A stretch of DNA of 64,000 bases from an uncultured delta proteobacterium (GCA_963845515.1 CAWJSR010000020.1:64001-128000); one strand, 5' to 3'. Shown: positions 1 to 10,273, counted from the first letter of the stretch. Numbers and translations: made by a program. The notes: generated by a model from the letters alone, not told the origin.

Positions 1-1
1 G

Positions 2-622
2 ATGGTCGCCTTCCTCAACGTCCCCTCCGCGGTCGGCCTGATGGTCCTCGCGGGCCCCATCATCTCGCTCGTCTACGAGCACGGCCGCTTCGGCGCGTCG
101 GACACGGCGGCCACCGCCCAGGCGCTCGTCTTCTACGCCGCCGGCCTCTACGCCTACTCGGCGGTGAAGGTCTTCGCGCCGGCCTGGTACGCGCTCGACA
201 ACGCCCGCGTCCCGGTGATCGGGAGCGTGCTCGGCATGGTGGCCAACGTCGCGCTCAACGTCACGCTCTACCCGGTGCTCGGGTACAGGGGCGTGGCGCT
301 GGGCACCTCGCTCGCCGCAGGCGCCAACTTCGCCGTGCTGGCCATCGCGTGGAGGAAGAGCCACGGCGCCCTCGCCGAGGCGGGGCTCCTGCGCCACCTC
401 GCGCGCGTCCTGGCGGCCTCGGCCGTGCTTGCGCTCGTCGCGTGGGGCGCGGCGAAGGGGCTCGCCGCGGTCCTCCCCGACGAGGGCCTGGGTCGCCAGT
501 TCACCCTCGCGCTGCTCCCGATCGCGGCGGGCGGCCTCGCCTACCTCGCGGTGGCGAAGGCGTTGGGGATCCCGGAGCTGGAGGAGCTGGCTGGGGTGCT
601 GAGGAGGCGCGCGCGGCGGTGA
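2..622 (+). CDS. murJ: Lipid II flippase MurJ/MviN, C-terminal part (5' end outside window)
   Basis: Multi-TM protein with MviN-type segments (PSAVGLMVLAGPII..YEHGRF, KVFAPAWYAL, GVALGTS). Confidence 0.88.
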   Translation: MVAFLNVPSAVGLMVLAGPIISLVYEHGRFGASDTAATAQALVFYAAGLYAYSAVKVFAPAWYALDNARVPVIGSVLGMVANVALNVTLYPVLGYRGVALGTSLAAGANFAVLAIAWRKSHGALAEAGLLRHLARVLAASAVLALVAWGAAKGLAAVLPDEGLGRQFTLALLPIAAGGLAYLAVAKALGIPELEELAGVLRRRARR

Positions 623-2598
623 CGCCTGCAGCGCCGCCCGCGCCCGGTGCGCCCTCCGCGAGCGGTGGCGCTGCGCGCCCGTCCGGGCGGTGGGGCTGGA
701 TCGCGCTCGCCTTCCCCCTCGCGCTCGCGGCGGCAGCGTACGCCCGCACGCTCGGCGGGCCGCTGGTGTTCGACGACGTCGGAGCCATCGCGGACAACAC
801 CGCCATCAAGGATCTGGGCCGGTTCATCTCGGAGCGCCTGCTCCCCATGACCCTCGCTGGCGATCGCTCCCTGACGAACCTCACCTTCGCGGTCAACTAC
901 GCAGTCGGGCGCCTGGAGCCCTGGAACTACCACCTCACCAACGTGGCGATCCACTTCGCGGTGGTGGTGCTCGTCTTCGCGTTCACGGCCCGCACCGCCA
1001 GCCTCGCCGGCGTGGTTCGTGAGCGACCGCTCGCCCTCGCGGTCGCGGGGACGTTCGCGCTCCATCCGATCCAGACCGAGGCGGTCTCGTACGTGGTGCA
1101 GCGGGCCGAGTCGCTCGCGTCGGGGCTCTACCTCGCCGTGCTGCTGCTCCTGCTCGCCGCCGAGCGGCTGTGGGCCACGCGCCGCGGCGCCGTCGCGTGG
1201 GCGGCGGCGGTCGTTGCCTTCGCCGCTGGGCTGGCGGCGAAGACGATCGTCCTGACGGCCCCGGCGGCCCACCTGCTGGTGGCGGCCGTCGTCGCGGGGA
1301 CGCCCGCCGCGAGCCGGGAGCTGGTCTCCTGGCGCCGCCGGCTGCTCCTCGTCGCGCCGCTCCTCGCGCTGGGCGCGGCGCAGGCCGCGGCCACCGTCGC
1401 CGGCCTCTCGGGGAGCACCGGCGCCGGCTTCGGGTTGCAGGGCCTGCCGCCCTCCGCCTACCTCGCCACCCAGGCACGGGTGTTGCCCGTCTACCTCCGC
1501 CTCCTCGCGTGGCCCACCGGCCAGAACGTCACCTGGGACTTCCCGGTCTCGCAGGGCCTCCGCGATCCGGGCGTCGCCTCGTCGGCGGCGCTCCTGCTCG
1601 GGCTGGGGCTGGGCGCCCTGGCGCTCGCCCGCTGGGCGCGGGCACGCGCCGACGCTGACGGCGCCGCCGCGCGCCTGGCCGCGCTGGGCGTCGCGTGGTT
1701 CTTCCTCGTGCTGTCCGTCACCTCCAGCGTCGTGCCGCTCGTGGACGTGCTGGTCGAGCACCGGCTCTACCTGGCCTCCTGGGGCGTCTTCGTGGCGGTC
1801 TGGGCCTCGGCGGGGCGGGCGTGCGCGCGCCTGGGGGACCGCGGTGGCTGGGGCGCCGCGGCAGTGGTCGCCGCGGTCTGGTGCGCCCTCGCGGTGGTGA
1901 CGCATCAGCGGAACGCGGTCTGGGAGTCGAGCGAGGCTCTCTGGCGGGATGCGGTGGGGAAGTCGCCCGGCAAGGCCGTCACATACCTGTCGCTCGGTGA
2001 GGAGCTGCGCCGCCAGCGCCGCTACGCGGAGGCGATCCCGGTCCTGGTCGCCGGGGTGGAGCGCGCCGAGGGCGGCTCCGATCTCGAGCTGAGGCTGCTC
2101 AACAACCTGGGGGTCGCCTACAGCTTCGAGGGACGCATCGCAGAGGCCGCCTCGATGTTCCGGTTCGCCCTCGCGAAGGCGCCGGGCGACTCGATGCTCC
2201 TGGGCAACCTCGCCTCCGCGTTCCTCACCCTCGGCGACCTGGACGGCGCGGAGCAGCTGGCGCTCCGCGCCATCGCCGCCGACCCGTCGATCGCGAAGGC
2301 CAGGTCGACCGCCAACGCATGGGGCACCGTCGCGGCGGCGAGGCTCGGGCGCGGCGATCCCGGCGGCGCGCTGGAGGCCACCCGGCGCGCCCTCGAGATC
2401 CATCCCGACCTCGGGATCGCGTTCTACAACCGCGGGCGAGCGCTCGCTGCCCTCGGACGCGCGCAGGAGGCGTGCGCCGCGTGGCGGGAGGCCGTCTCCC
2501 TGCCGCTCAACGACTGGGCGCGCAGCCAGGCCGAAGGGCGCCTGGCCAGCCGGTGCTCCCCCGGGGATCCCGCCACCTACCAGGGCGCCGGGCGGTAG
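619..2598 (+). CDS. TMTC-like membrane protein (GT-C-type glycosyltransferase N-terminus plus C-terminal TPR repeats)
   Basis: GTG at 619 overlaps the murJ stop; motifs LVFDD, YHLTNVAIH, FALHPIQTEAVSYVVQRAE, EHRLYL; TPR-like C-terminus. Confidence 0.75.
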   Translation: MTPAAPPAPGAPSASGGAARPSGRWGWIALAFPLALAAAAYARTLGGPLVFDDVGAIADNTAIKDLGRFISERLLPMTLAGDRSLTNLTFAVNYAVGRLEPWNYHLTNVAIHFAVVVLVFAFTARTASLAGVVRERPLALAVAGTFALHPIQTEAVSYVVQRAESLASGLYLAVLLLLLAAERLWATRRGAVAWAAAVVAFAAGLAAKTIVLTAPAAHLLVAAVVAGTPAASRELVSWRRRLLLVAPLLALGAAQAAATVAGLSGSTGAGFGLQGLPPSAYLATQARVLPVYLRLLAWPTGQNVTWDFPVSQGLRDPGVASSAALLLGLGLGALALARWARARADADGAAARLAALGVAWFFLVLSVTSSVVPLVDVLVEHRLYLASWGVFVAVWASAGRACARLGDRGGWGAAAVVAAVWCALAVVTHQRNAVWESSEALWRDAVGKSPGKAVTYLSLGEELRRQRRYAEAIPVLVAGVERAEGGSDLELRLLNNLGVAYSFEGRIAEAASMFRFALAKAPGDSMLLGNLASAFLTLGDLDGAEQLALRAIAADPSIAKARSTANAWGTVAAARLGRGDPGGALEATRRALEIHPDLGIAFYNRGRALAALGRAQEACAAWREAVSLPLNDWARSQAEGRLASRCSPGDPATYQGAGR

Positions 2599-4232
2599 TC
2601 CTTGTAGAAGTGGCCTGCCTGGTGCTTCCCGGTCTGGAAGCCCTCGAAGATGGGGGCGACGATGCGGGCCGCGCCGTCGACCACGTCGAGCGGCGGGCTG
2701 AAGGCCTGCTCCTCGGCCTTGCGCGCCGCGATGTGGGCCGGATCCTCGTCGGTCACCCAGCCGGTGTCCACGGCGTTGAGGAAGATGCCGTCCTTCTGGA
2801 GGTCCGGCGCGCTCGTCCGGACGAGCATGTTGAGCGCCGCCTTGGCCATGTTCGTGTGCGGGTGCCGGTCGGTCTTCAGCGCCCGGTAGAACTGTCCTTC
2901 CATCGCGCTCACCAGGACCACGTGGCGGGCGGCGTCGGCGCTCGTCGCGGTTCGCGGCGGGGGCGTCGCCGAGCGGAGCATGAGGGGCTTCAGGCGGGCG
3001 GTCATGACGAAGGGGGCCGTGGCGTTGACCAGGAGGACCTCCAGGAGCTCGAGCGTCGGCACCTCGTGGAGCGGAAGGCGCCAGGAGTTGTGGGCGCGCA
3101 GGTCCACCTGCTGGAGGTCCTGGTCGAGGATCCCCTTCGGGAAGATCTCCAGCGCCCCCGGGGCTGCCCCGGCGAGGAGGAGGTCGGCCGCGGAGGGGGC
3201 CTGAGAGAGCAGGGCGGAGCTCGTCAGGCCGGCTGCGCTCCGGCGCCCGGCGTGCTCGGCACGCAGCGCCTCGTCGCTCCGGAGCAGCTGCTGGACGGCC
3301 GGCGTGAGCGCGGCCGCTGGCTGGTGCTCGTCGTCGAGGAGGTGGGCGTAGAAGCCGGGCGGGCGGCGCACGGTCTGGCAGGCGTTGTGGATCTGGAAGT
3401 CGAGGCGAGGGAGCGTCCCGTCGAGCCAATGGCAGAGGTGCTCGACGCTCGGCGTGTGGCGCAGGTCGACGCCGTGGATGAGGAGCCGGTCCCGCCAGCC
3501 CTCGAAGTCCGGCTCGCGGGCGTAGCGGGCCGCGGCGTCGCGCGGAAAGCGGGTGCAGGCGACCACCGTGCACCCGGCACGAAGGAGCAGGATGGCCGCC
3601 TGGTAGCCGATCTTCACGCGGGCGCCGGTGACCAGGGCGACGCGACCACGGAGGTCGGCGGTAGGCGCGCGCCGCGCCTCGTTCTCGTCGCCGCAAGCAG
3701 GGCAGAGCTGGTCGTAGAAGCGGTGGATGAGGCGGTACTCCCGCTTGCACACGTAGCACCGTCGGGGCGCGTTGAGCTCTGGACCAGCGGTCGCGCCCGG
3801 CGCCGCCGCGCCCTCCGCCACGGACCCGGGCAGGACGGGCCACCAGCCCGAGGCGTCGGTGCCGCGTGGCGGCATGGGCGGGAACGGCGCCAGGAATACC
3901 GGCTCCTCCCTGAGGCGACGGATCCCGCTGGAGCGGCGCAGCGCCTCGTCCCCTTCCTTCCGCGCAAGCTGGGTGTTGCGCAGCATCGTCTTCTGGAGCC
4001 GCTTGCGCGCCTTGAGGTCCGGCCGGGCGAGCTCGCCGGCGAACCGCTGGAGTGAGCTCCTGGTGGCTGCGTCCACCGTCGCCAGGAGGGCGCGGTCCCC
4101 GACGACGGCAGCGAGGATCCGCGCCGCGGCTTCGATGTCCGCGGCCGAAGGCGCCGCCGCGGGCTCTGCGGCGGCGGAGGGTTCGGCGGCAGGTGGGGAG
4201 GGATCCTTCTCGGCGTGGTCGGCGCTGTGCAC
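2577..4232 (-). CDS. SDR-family oxidoreductase with N-terminal CxxC...CxxC segment
   Basis: VALVTGARVKIG Rossmann motif, HTNMAKAALNML, NAVDTGWV; CYVC...CPAC upstream. Confidence 0.8.
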   Translation of the reverse strand: MHSADHAEKDPSPPAAEPSAAAEPAAAPSAADIEAAARILAAVVGDRALLATVDAATRSSLQRFAGELARPDLKARKRLQKTMLRNTQLARKEGDEALRRSSGIRRLREEPVFLAPFPPMPPRGTDASGWWPVLPGSVAEGAAAPGATAGPELNAPRRCYVCKREYRLIHRFYDQLCPACGDENEARRAPTADLRGRVALVTGARVKIGYQAAILLLRAGCTVVACTRFPRDAAARYAREPDFEGWRDRLLIHGVDLRHTPSVEHLCHWLDGTLPRLDFQIHNACQTVRRPPGFYAHLLDDEHQPAAALTPAVQQLLRSDEALRAEHAGRRSAAGLTSSALLSQAPSAADLLLAGAAPGALEIFPKGILDQDLQQVDLRAHNSWRLPLHEVPTLELLEVLLVNATAPFVMTARLKPLMLRSATPPPRTATSADAARHVVLVSAMEGQFYRALKTDRHPHTNMAKAALNMLVRTSAPDLQKDGIFLNAVDTGWVTDEDPAHIAARKAEEQAFSPPLDVVDGAARIVAPIFEGFQTGKHQAGHFYKDYRPAPW

Positions 4233-4294
4233 GCGCCTTCCATACCCGTTGAGCGCCGCGGCGGGTAGGGGGGAGGGCGAAGGGGGGAGCGGAC

Positions 4295-6019
4295 CTACTG
4301 ACCCCGGCCGAGCGCCGCGGCGGCCGCCGAGGCCGCCGACGCGCGCGCCTTCTCGGGCTCGGACGGCGCGCCCTCCTCGAGGAGCTGGCTGGCGATCGCG
4401 AGCGCCTTCTTCGTCTTCTCGCGGACCTTCTCGTCGTTCTTGATCTTGAGGTACGCCTTGACGACGCGCTCCTCGTTCTTCGAGGCCTGCGCCTCCAGCT
4501 CCTGGACCCGCTTCTTCAGCTCGGCGGTCCGCTTCTCGACCTCGCCGCGGGCCCCCTCGGCCTCGCCGCGGGCGACGATCAGCTCGGTCTTCAGCTCGTC
4601 CACCTCGCGCTCGAGCGTCTCGACGGCGCCGAGGCGGGCCTCGGCCTCGTCCGCGCGGCGCCGCTCGTCGTCGACCGCTGCCTCCGCCTCCTCGGCACGA
4701 CGCCGGGCGCGGATGGCCTCGTCGCGCGCGGTCTTGATGTCCGACTCCAGCCGCTTGGACTGGGAGAGGGTCGCGTCGAGCCGGCTCTTCGCGGCAGCGG
4801 CCTGCGACTCGGCGGCGGCGAGGCGCGACGAGGCCTCGCTCGCGCGCTTCTCCGCGGCCGCCGCGCGCTGATCGTTCTCGTCCGACCGCCGCTCGGCGTC
4901 GGACGCCCGGTCGTCGAGCTCGCGCAGCCGGGACTCGAGGTCCTCGATCTTCGAGTCCTTGCGGGCCAGCTCGCGCTCCAGGCGGGCGGAGTCGCCGCCG
5001 CCTGCGCTCGAGAGCGACTCCCCCACGGCCCTCATGCGCACCGTGTCCGCGGGGGCACGGATGGTCGGGCGGCTCGGCGGCAGCTCCGGCTCCTCCTCCG
5101 GCTCCTCCTCCGGCGCAGCGCCGAGCCCCAGGTCGGGGCCGAGCCCTCCGAGGAGGTCGCGCTCCAGGTCCGCGTCCGGCTCGAGCCCATGCTCGCCGCC
5201 GCCGAGGGATCCGAGCGCGTCGTCCGCGACCATGTCCAGCCCGCCGAGCGCGGCGCGCGCCGCAGCGTCGTCCTCTTCGGGGAGGGAGGCAGCGGCTGCG
5301 TCCACGTCCTCTGCGGAGACGGGCGACTCGTCCTCGAGGTCGAACGCGGTGGCGGCCCGGCGCGGCGCTGCCCTCGTGGGCGGCGCGGCTGCGTCCGGGT
5401 CCGAGAGCCCCTCGAACGCCTCGTCCAGCAGCCTGAGGTCGTCCTCGATCCCGGGCGAACGCGCGCCGGTGGGGCCGTCGTCGGGCAGGGAGCCCAGGTC
5501 GAGCGCAGGCAGATCATCGCCGCCCAGCGGCTCGCCGCCGAGCTGCTCGATCCCGGCCTCCTCCTCGAGCGCGACGAGCTCCTCCTCCTCCTCGTCCCCG
5601 GCGGGCTCCTCCGACTCCGGGAGCGGCTCCTCACCGCTGACGTCGGGGAGCTCGATGAAGGCGCCAAGCGAGGCCAGGAGCGCGGTCGGCGTGAAGGGCT
5701 TGAGGAGGTAGTCCTCGGCGCGCACCTTGAGCGTCCTGTGCTTCTCGAAGGTCTCCGGGGTCGCCTCTGCGCTCGTGATGACGAGCGGGATCGACTTGAG
5801 CACCTCGTCCTTCTTGAGCTTCTGGCAGATGACGTAGCCGGACATGCCGGGCAGCTCGACGCACAGGACGATCGCGTCCGGCCCCCACTCCCTCGCGAGC
5901 TCGTACCCCTCCCGCCCGTCCTCGGTCGTGCGGACCTCGAGGCCGCGCGCCTCCAGCGCGGAGGTGACCTCCTCCGCGAAGGGCGCGTCGCTCTCGATGA
6001 GGAGGATCTTCTTGGACAT
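4295..6019 (-). CDS. frzS: FrzS-like pseudo-receiver / acidic linker / coiled-coil protein
   Basis: N-terminus MSKKILLIESD...GYVICQKLKKD...FEKHRTLKVRAEDY resembles the recalled M. xanthus FrzS receiver; phospho-Asp position is Cys; long coiled coil; lies downstream of an ECF sigma/anti-sigma pair. Confidence 0.75.
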   Translation of the reverse strand: MSKKILLIESDAPFAEEVTSALEARGLEVRTTEDGREGYELAREWGPDAIVLCVELPGMSGYVICQKLKKDEVLKSIPLVITSAEATPETFEKHRTLKVRAEDYLLKPFTPTALLASLGAFIELPDVSGEEPLPESEEPAGDEEEEELVALEEEAGIEQLGGEPLGGDDLPALDLGSLPDDGPTGARSPGIEDDLRLLDEAFEGLSDPDAAAPPTRAAPRRAATAFDLEDESPVSAEDVDAAAASLPEEDDAAARAALGGLDMVADDALGSLGGGEHGLEPDADLERDLLGGLGPDLGLGAAPEEEPEEEPELPPSRPTIRAPADTVRMRAVGESLSSAGGGDSARLERELARKDSKIEDLESRLRELDDRASDAERRSDENDQRAAAAEKRASEASSRLAAAESQAAAAKSRLDATLSQSKRLESDIKTARDEAIRARRRAEEAEAAVDDERRRADEAEARLGAVETLEREVDELKTELIVARGEAEGARGEVEKRTAELKKRVQELEAQASKNEERVVKAYLKIKNDEKVREKTKKALAIASQLLEEGAPSEPEKARASAASAAAAALGRGQ

Positions 6020-6167
6020 GCTCTGACTCTCGGTCGGGAGGGCGCGCATGGTGGAGTCCCGGCGCAAAGCCCTCTGAAAATTCATGGAAATTTTACCGGC
6101 TGGTCCGGGCGGGTGTCAAAAATGGACCCAAAGCGCTATCAGCGCGCGGCGCGCCGAGGGGCGCGGT

Positions 6168-6986
6168 CTACCTTCCAGCCTGGGCGGTCGCCACGAGGCC
6201 GAAGAGGTCGTCCTCGTCCAGGTCGGAGACGAGCGAGTATACGATCTCGTCCTGTCGCCAGACCGCGACGTTGTAGCCGCGGGAGTTGGCGACGCGGACC
6301 ACCGAAGGGCCCACGCGCACCTCGCGGCCGGTGGGATGGAATCGCTGCTCGGGGTCGTCGACGATGAAGAGCCCCGCGTTGCCGCGCGGGAGCTGGTACC
6401 GGATGTAGGCGGCCGGCCACTCGCGTAGGTGCGAGAGGCGCGCGCCGACGACCTTCACGCCGTCCTTGCGGAAATTCGGGGGGGAGGGCCTGAAGTCGAG
6501 CTTCCCGGCGAACCAGCCGGGGATCGCGTCGGCGCCGCCCACGCCCGCGGCGGTCACCTCGAGCGGCAGGTCGCGGTTGTGCTTCCGGACCGCCTCGTCG
6601 AGGAGCATGTCCGGACCGCCGCGCGTGGCGAGCACGACGAGGACGCCTGCGGCGCATGCGGCCACCGTGGCGAGCGGCACGGGCGCCAAGACCCGGCGCC
6701 AGAGCGGACGTCGCTGACGGGCGAGCTGCTGCTCGATCCGCGCCCGGAGCGCTGCCGGGGCGCGTCCCGCCGGGGTCCCTGCCCCCATCGCATCGCGCAG
6801 CCTGGCCCGGACGGCGTCGCGAACGCTGGCGCGCGCCTCGGCGCGTCCGCGGCACGACGCGCACGCGGCGAGGTGCGCGTCGGCCTCCGCCCGGTCCGCC
6901 CGGTCGAACTCTCCGTCCAGGTACGCCTCCAGCGAGCGCTCCAGCTCGGCGCAGTCGATGGGGGAGGGTTCGTTGCGCGCGGACAT
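6168..6986 (-). CDS. Zinc-binding (ZAS/zf-HC2) transmembrane anti-sigma factor
   Basis: C..YLDGE..HLAACASC (HxxxCxxC), one TM helix, directly follows the ECF sigma gene. Confidence 0.85.
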   Translation of the reverse strand: MSARNEPSPIDCAELERSLEAYLDGEFDRADRAEADAHLAACASCRGRAEARASVRDAVRARLRDAMGAGTPAGRAPAALRARIEQQLARQRRPLWRRVLAPVPLATVAACAAGVLVVLATRGGPDMLLDEAVRKHNRDLPLEVTAAGVGGADAIPGWFAGKLDFRPSPPNFRKDGVKVVGARLSHLREWPAAYIRYQLPRGNAGLFIVDDPEQRFHPTGREVRVGPSVVRVANSRGYNVAVWRQDEIVYSLVSDLDEDDLFGLVATAQAGR

Positions 6987-6995
6987 GATCGTGGC

Positions 6996-7625
6996 TCAGT
7001 CGGCGCTGGCGCGCCGGCGCCGGTAGGAGTCGAGGTCGATCTTCTCGCCTCCGGGGGATTCGCCGAGGATGCCCGAGGCGGCAGCGTAGCTCGCGAGGGA
7101 GCGCTGGAGGTGGCGGCGCCCGCGGAAGAGTCGGCTCATGACGGTGCCGACCGGGACGTCGAGGATGTCGGCGATCTCCTTGTAGGAAAAGTCGTGTATG
7201 TCCGCGAGGATGACCACCATGCGGAAGTCGATCGGGACGGCGTCGATCGCCTCGAGTACCTCCGCGGAGACGAGCCGGTCCAGCATCGCCCGCTCGGGGT
7301 TCTCCGCCTTGTCGGCCGCGTCGGGCGAGTGGAACTGGTCGGTTACCATCTCCCGCTCTGGGCCGTCGACCAGGCTTCGCTCGCGGGTGGAGCGCCGGTA
7401 CTTGTTGATGAAGGTGTTGGTCAGGATCCGGAAGAGCCACGCCTTGAGGTTGGTCCCGGGCTCGAAGCGGTCGAGGAAGCGGCAGGCGCGGAGGAACGCG
7501 TCCTGGACCAGGTCCTCGGCGTCGCGAGGATCGCGCGTGAACCGGAGCGCCGAGGCGTAGAGGGCGTCGAGGTGCTGCAGCGCCTCTGCCTCGAACTCCT
7601 CTCGGCTCAGGGTCTTTCGGCTCAT
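6996..7625 (-). CDS. rpoE1: ECF sigma-70 factor (SigR/SigH/RpoE1-like)
   Basis: [52 protein letters not shown]. Confidence 0.85.
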   Translation of the reverse strand: MSRKTLSREEFEAEALQHLDALYASALRFTRDPRDAEDLVQDAFLRACRFLDRFEPGTNLKAWLFRILTNTFINKYRRSTRERSLVDGPEREMVTDQFHSPDAADKAENPERAMLDRLVSAEVLEAIDAVPIDFRMVVILADIHDFSYKEIADILDVPVGTVMSRLFRGRRHLQRSLASYAAASGILGESPGGEKIDLDSYRRRRASAD

Positions 7626-7671
7626 CGGTCCTCTCTGGCGGTTCCGCGGCTCACGACGGTCTCGTGAGCTT

Positions 7672-7699
7672 CAACAGCCGCCCTCCCGCACGGATTCCC
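7672..7699 (-). promoter_or_regulatory. Putative autoregulatory ECF promoter GGAAT-N18-GTTG
   Basis: Minus strand GGAAT (7698-7694), 18 nt, GTTG (7675-7672); matches the SigR-type consensus, ~50 nt upstream of the sigma start. Confidence 0.7.
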
Positions 7700-7766
7700 G
7701 TGGTCTCTGGGGATTGTAGCGATGCCTCGCCCTCCCCACCATGGTATGCAGCGCCCGAAGGAAGCC

Positions 7767-9080
7767 ATGGCCCGTCTACTCTTCGCCGACGACAAGGGGG
7801 TCGTCTACGACCACCCGACCCTCCGCGCCGCCGTGCGGTCGGGCGACGATCTGCTCGAGCCGTCGGAGCGTCCGATCCGGCTCCCCGAGGGCTCGACGCT
7901 GGCCATGCTCCCGGGGCGGCGCCCCGTCGGGATCGATCCGGAGAGCGGCGAGCTCGTGGTCCTGGGCGAGGTGAGGCTCGGTCGTCGCACGATCGTCCCG
8001 CACGCGGTGGCGGCAACGCTCCCGCCCGGGTTCACGCGGACCCTGCTGCCGGCGGCGCGCCGGCCCGCGCTCGCCGTCGAAGCGATCCCGACCCTTCCCC
8101 AGTGGGCCTACACGGCTGCCGGCTTCGGCGAGGACGGCCCGGTCGCCTGGGCGCTCCACACGGATCGCCGGAGCCACTGGAGCGTCAGGAGCCACTCGAC
8201 CCCCGACCTCGAGGAGCGGGTGAACGCGCTCCTCGCGGAGAGCGCAAACCCCATCTACCGGCAGCTCGCGCGCTGCGCGCTCCACTGGTGCTGCTTCACC
8301 GCCCAGAACACCTTCTACCGTCGCGACGAGGGCGCCATCCCGTCGTCGGCCTCCTGCAACGCGCGCTGCATCGGCTGCCTCTCCGAGCAGGACGAGGGGA
8401 TGCCCCCCGCCTCCCACGAGCGGATCACGCGGGCGCCCTCGGCGGAGGAGATGGCCGACGTCGCGCTCCGCCACCTCACGAGCGCGTCGGGGCGGGTGAT
8501 GGTGAGCTTCGGCCAGGGGTGCGAGGGGGAGCCGCTCACGCGCTGGCGCGAGATCGAGCGGGCCATCCGGCTCGTCCGCGCCGGCACCCACCGTGGCTCG
8601 CTGCACGCGAACACCAACGGCTCGCTCCCCAGGGCGCTCGCCCGGCTGCTGGACGCCGGGCTCGACTCGGTCCGCGTCTCCCTCAACAGCGCCTCTCCGG
8701 ATCTGTACGCCGCGTGGTACCGGCCGCAGGGGTACCGGCTCGCCGACGTCGAGCGGTCGGTCAAGCTCGCCAGGGACCGGGGGGCGTACGTCGCGCTGAA
8801 CCTCCTGACCTTCCCGGGCGTCACCGACCGGGAGGAGGAGGCCGAGCGGCTCTGCGCGCTCGTCGCGCGGACCGGGGTGGACCAGGTACAGACGCGGCCG
8901 CTCGCGGTCGATCCGGACGTCTACATGGCGGTCGCGCGAGGGCGCGGTGGGGGCGGGCCGGCGGTCGGCATCCGGCGGCTCGTGAAGGAGCTGAAGCTGG
9001 CCCGGCCCGGGCTAGTGGTGGGAAACTTCTCGCGCGCCCGGCAGGAACGAGCAGCGAAGCGGAATGGGAGAGTGCGATGA
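7767..9080 (+). CDS. Radical SAM protein of unknown function
   Basis: CNARCIGC (CxxxCxxC), SFGQGCEGEP, NTNGS. Confidence 0.88.
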   Translation: MARLLFADDKGVVYDHPTLRAAVRSGDDLLEPSERPIRLPEGSTLAMLPGRRPVGIDPESGELVVLGEVRLGRRTIVPHAVAATLPPGFTRTLLPAARRPALAVEAIPTLPQWAYTAAGFGEDGPVAWALHTDRRSHWSVRSHSTPDLEERVNALLAESANPIYRQLARCALHWCCFTAQNTFYRRDEGAIPSSASCNARCIGCLSEQDEGMPPASHERITRAPSAEEMADVALRHLTSASGRVMVSFGQGCEGEPLTRWREIERAIRLVRAGTHRGSLHANTNGSLPRALARLLDAGLDSVRVSLNSASPDLYAAWYRPQGYRLADVERSVKLARDRGAYVALNLLTFPGVTDREEEAERLCALVARTGVDQVQTRPLAVDPDVYMAVARGRGGGGPAVGIRRLVKELKLARPGLVVGNFSRARQERAAKRNGRVR

Positions 9081-10273
9081 AGGCGGAGGCATCGATCCAG
9101 CTGCGGAAGGATCTCGCGCGCCACCTGCGCGCAGGCCACCCGTGGGTATTCAGGAAGGCGATCGACCGCCCGGCGAAGCTGCCTGCGGGGACGATCGTCG
9201 ACGTCGAGGAGGACGGACGCTTCGTCGCGCGCGGCTACTTCGATCCGGCTTCGGTCATCGCGGTGCGCGTCCTCACGCGCGAGCCGGCAGAGGCGATCGA
9301 CGCCGCGTTCTGGCGGCGGCGGGTGGCCAGGGCGGTCCAGCTCCGCAGGGAGCTGGTGCACGACACGACCGGCTACCGGCTCCTCCACGGTGAGTCGGAC
9401 GGGCTGCCGGGCGTCGTGGCCGACCGGTACGACCGCACGGCGGTCCTGAAGCTCTACTCGGCGGGGCTCACCCCGTGGCGCGGCCAGATCGTCGAGGCCC
9501 TGCGCGACGAGTCCGAGGGGCTGGCCGGCGTGTACGGGCGGGACGAGATCCCGCGTGACGACGACGACGAGGGGGGCGCGCCCGCAGGCCGGGTCCTCTG
9601 GGGCGCCGAGCCGCCCGAGCGGATCGTCATCTACGAGCACGGGATGAAGCTCCTCATCGACGTCCGGCGGGGGCAGAAGACGGGGCTCTTCCTCGACCAG
9701 CGCGAGAACCGGCGGCTGGTCCGCGAGCTGGCCAGAGGCCGCGGCGACGCGCTCAACCTCTTCAGCTACACCGGCGGCTTCAGCGTGGCCGCGGCCCTCG
9801 GCGGGGCGAAGCACGTCGTCTCGGTGGACACCGACCGCGACGCCATCGCGCTCGCCCGCGACGTCTTCAGGGAGAACGGGCTCGACCCGGCCGACCACGC
9901 CTTCGCCACGGAGGATGCCTTCGAGATCCTGGCCAGCTACAAGAAGGCGGGGCGCCGCTTCGACCTCATCGTGTGTGATCCCCCGGCCTTCGCGAAGTCG
10001 CAGAAGGCGGTGGAGGGGGCGCTCTCCGGCTACGCCTCGCTGAACCGCGCTGCCCTCGCGGTGCTCGCACCGGGCGGGCTGCTCGTCACCGCGAGCTGCA
10101 GCGCGCGGGTGTCGCAGGACCAGTTCTTCGACGCAGTGAAGGAGGCGGCCTTCAAGGCGCGCGTGGATCTGCAGGTGGTCGCGGAGACCCGGCAGCCGCC
10201 GGACCACCCGATCTCGCCGCAGTTCCGCGAGGGGCGCTACCTGAAGTGCATCGTCCTCCGCCGGGTCTCCTGA
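9077..10273 (+). CDS. rlmI: RlmI/RlmK-class SAM-dependent rRNA methyltransferase
   Basis: PUA-like GHPWVF, GESDGLPG, GQKTGLFLDQRENR, LNLFSYTGGF, DPPAFAK, SCS. Confidence 0.88.
   Translation: MKAEASIQLRKDLARHLRAGHPWVFRKAIDRPAKLPAGTIVDVEEDGRFVARGYFDPASVIAVRVLTREPAEAIDAAFWRRRVARAVQLRRELVHDTTGYRLLHGESDGLPGVVADRYDRTAVLKLYSAGLTPWRGQIVEALRDESEGLAGVYGRDEIPRDDDDEGGAPAGRVLWGAEPPERIVIYEHGMKLLIDVRRGQKTGLFLDQRENRRLVRELARGRGDALNLFSYTGGFSVAAALGGAKHVVSVDTDRDAIALARDVFRENGLDPADHAFATEDAFEILASYKKAGRRFDLIVCDPPAFAKSQKAVEGALSGYASLNRAALAVLAPGGLLVTASCSARVSQDQFFDAVKEAAFKARVDLQVVAETRQPPDHPISPQFREGRYLKCIVLRRVS

Noticed and set aside
541..3843. Long alternative-frame and antisense ORFs here and throughout the window (e.g. 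13498-16002, 19421-21664, 55103-57778)
   Set aside because: Arg/Pro/Gly-rich shadow ORFs expected in very GC-rich DNA; they overlap well-supported genes
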